This document shows, one piece after another, positions 62,771-64,000 of a DNA stretch of 64,000 nucleotides. Location of the stretch: the NCBI RefSeq assembly GCF_024282095.1, contig NZ_JAMWZS010000008.1:6090-70089 (forward strand). Direction: 5' to 3'. Source of the DNA: Nitrosomonas sp. Its GTDB lineage: Bacteria > Pseudomonadota > Gammaproteobacteria > Burkholderiales > Nitrosomonadaceae. The stretch's first letter is position 1. Every line of letters starts with the position of its first letter. Below the pieces are notes generated by a model that saw nothing but the letters and a program-made list of their open reading frames with translations, was not told the origin of the DNA and made no database searches. The position numbers were made by a program, and so were the translations under genes.

Positions 62771-64000
62771 TTACAGTTTTTCCACCAATATTTCTCCAAA
62801 CAAAGCGCCTAGTGATACAGTCTTTGGATGAGCGCATGCAACACGTACGCAACTAACAGGCAATTTTTCGTCACAGGCAACTTCAAGCTGCACAGACTCA
62901 TCTCCCTGCTTAATTTTTACCTGAGCTCCTGCGACAATATCCAAGCTCTTGAGTGTTGCTTCTGCCATCCATACTTTAGGTGGCAGTGCATCATGTGTAG
63001 ATTGCAGAGATTCTGCACGCCTAACAACCGGATCAGCCTGATAAATAGGCACTTCTCCAATACGCTGCAGACTATGTTTTTCTATTCCATTAATCTCAAA
63101 ACAAAAATCTTTTAAAGTATTATTCAAGTATTGCCCAGTCTCTAATTCATCAGGAAATATTTCTGTACGAATTTGTTCTGGAGTTTCATAGTCAAATTTA
63201 TCAAGTGCCATTAGATTAGCTAATACACGCAATACTTTCCATGCAGGTCGAGCTTCTCCCAATGGGGGTACGACACCATTGAAGCTCTGCACCCGTCCCT
63301 CAGTATTAACATAAGTGCCTGAGGTCTCAGTAAATGGTGCGATTGGCAACAACACATCGGCATACTCTGCAGCATTTCCCTTATAAACGCTCATTGATAC
63401 TACAAATTCGCTCGCCTTTATCGTTTTCAGTGCCTGCTGAGAATTATAGGTATCAAATTCCGGTTCTATATTCATCAATATAAACGCCTGGCATTTTTCG
63501 CCAATTAAACTCGCATCAGCGCTGAATCCTAACATTTGCGCAGCATTTAACCCGCTGACCTCTGAATATTCCGATTTTGCAGAAATCGACAATGCGTTAA
63601 TCTCTGGTATTGCGCCCACTAGATAAGCACCAACGCTATTTGCAGCTTCACCCAGTACACCAAAGCTCGCGCCTGTAACTTGCGCAATCCAACCAGCCAA
63701 CAAATTGATCTTCGAATAATCCGGATGATGCTGAGACAAGTTACCAAGATAAATCGCTGCCGGTACATTTTCGATCAAACTGGAAGCGATAGCAAACGCA
63801 TTGGCGGTATTCGAAACATTAATTGAATTAATTAATTTATGTAATTCATCAGCTTGTTTTATTCCTTTTATTTCAATTGCTGCTTTTAGTATTTCCGCCA
63901 GAACTCTGACCATCGCATTTGGTGCAACAATTGCTTTATTCGTAACCTTGATTAGTAAATCGTCATCAATAGGATTAACAATATTCAATTGCATGCCATG
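62771..64000 (-). CDS. nuoG: NADH-quinone oxidoreductase subunit G, C-terminal part (runs off the window)
   Basis: [48 protein letters not shown]; upstream of nuoH; frame open to the window end. Confidence 0.93.
   Translation of the reverse strand, partial: HGMQLNIVNPIDDDLLIKVTNKAIVAPNAMVRVLAEILKAAIEIKGIKQADELHKLINSINVSNTANAFAIASSLIENVPAAIYLGNLSQHHPDYSKINLLAGWIAQVTGASFGVLGEAANSVGAYLVGAIPEINALSISAKSEYSEVSGLNAAQMLGFSADASLIGEKCQAFILMNIEPEFDTYNSQQALKTIKASEFVVSMSVYKGNAAEYADVLLPIAPFTETSGTYVNTEGRVQSFNGVVPPLGEARPAWKVLRVLANLMALDKFDYETPEQIRTEIFPDELETGQYLNNTLKDFCFEINGIEKHSLQRIGEVPIYQADPVVRRAESLQSTHDALPPKVWMAEATLKSLDIVAGAQVKIKQGDESVQLEVACDEKLPVSCVRVACAHPKTVSLGALFGEILVEKL

Noticed and set aside
55084-64000. 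nuo operon checked for insertions or unusual subunits
   Set aside because: Gene order G-H-I-J-K-L-M-N and motifs are canonical; nothing unusual.

Overview
Ordinary-looking chromosomal window from a betaproteobacterium. Gene content and intergenic repeat style suggest a Nitrosomonas-like organism (inference, not verified). Housekeeping genes: accA-tilS, rfbBD, dapA-bamC, clpB, nadC, xseB-ispA-dxs-folE2, uvrA/MFS/ssb, murJ, and nuoG(partial)-nuoN. The most notable accessory locus is a minus-strand cluster at about 25.1-33.2 kb that looks like an anionic sphingolipid (ceramide-phosphoglycerate-type) synthesis and export system. It contains a GNAT-fold ceramide synthase-like gene, an NTP transferase, a second LptF/LptG-like permease pair, a CDP-alcohol phosphotransferase, and an apparent fusion of a lipid kinase with a nucleotidyltransferase-fold domain. 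Other highlights: an Lpp/OprI-like lipoprotein flanked by two different L,D-transpeptidase-family genes; three tiny lipoproteins (39-50 aa) absent from the ORF track; two copies of a ~140-bp palindromic MITE whose ends resemble the end of an internally deleted IS5-family relic; exported MsrA/MsrB; a frameshifted HPt domain; and two c-di-GMP enzymes. No rRNA, tRNA or CRISPR array was seen. All family assignments come from motif recognition by eye; no database searches were run.
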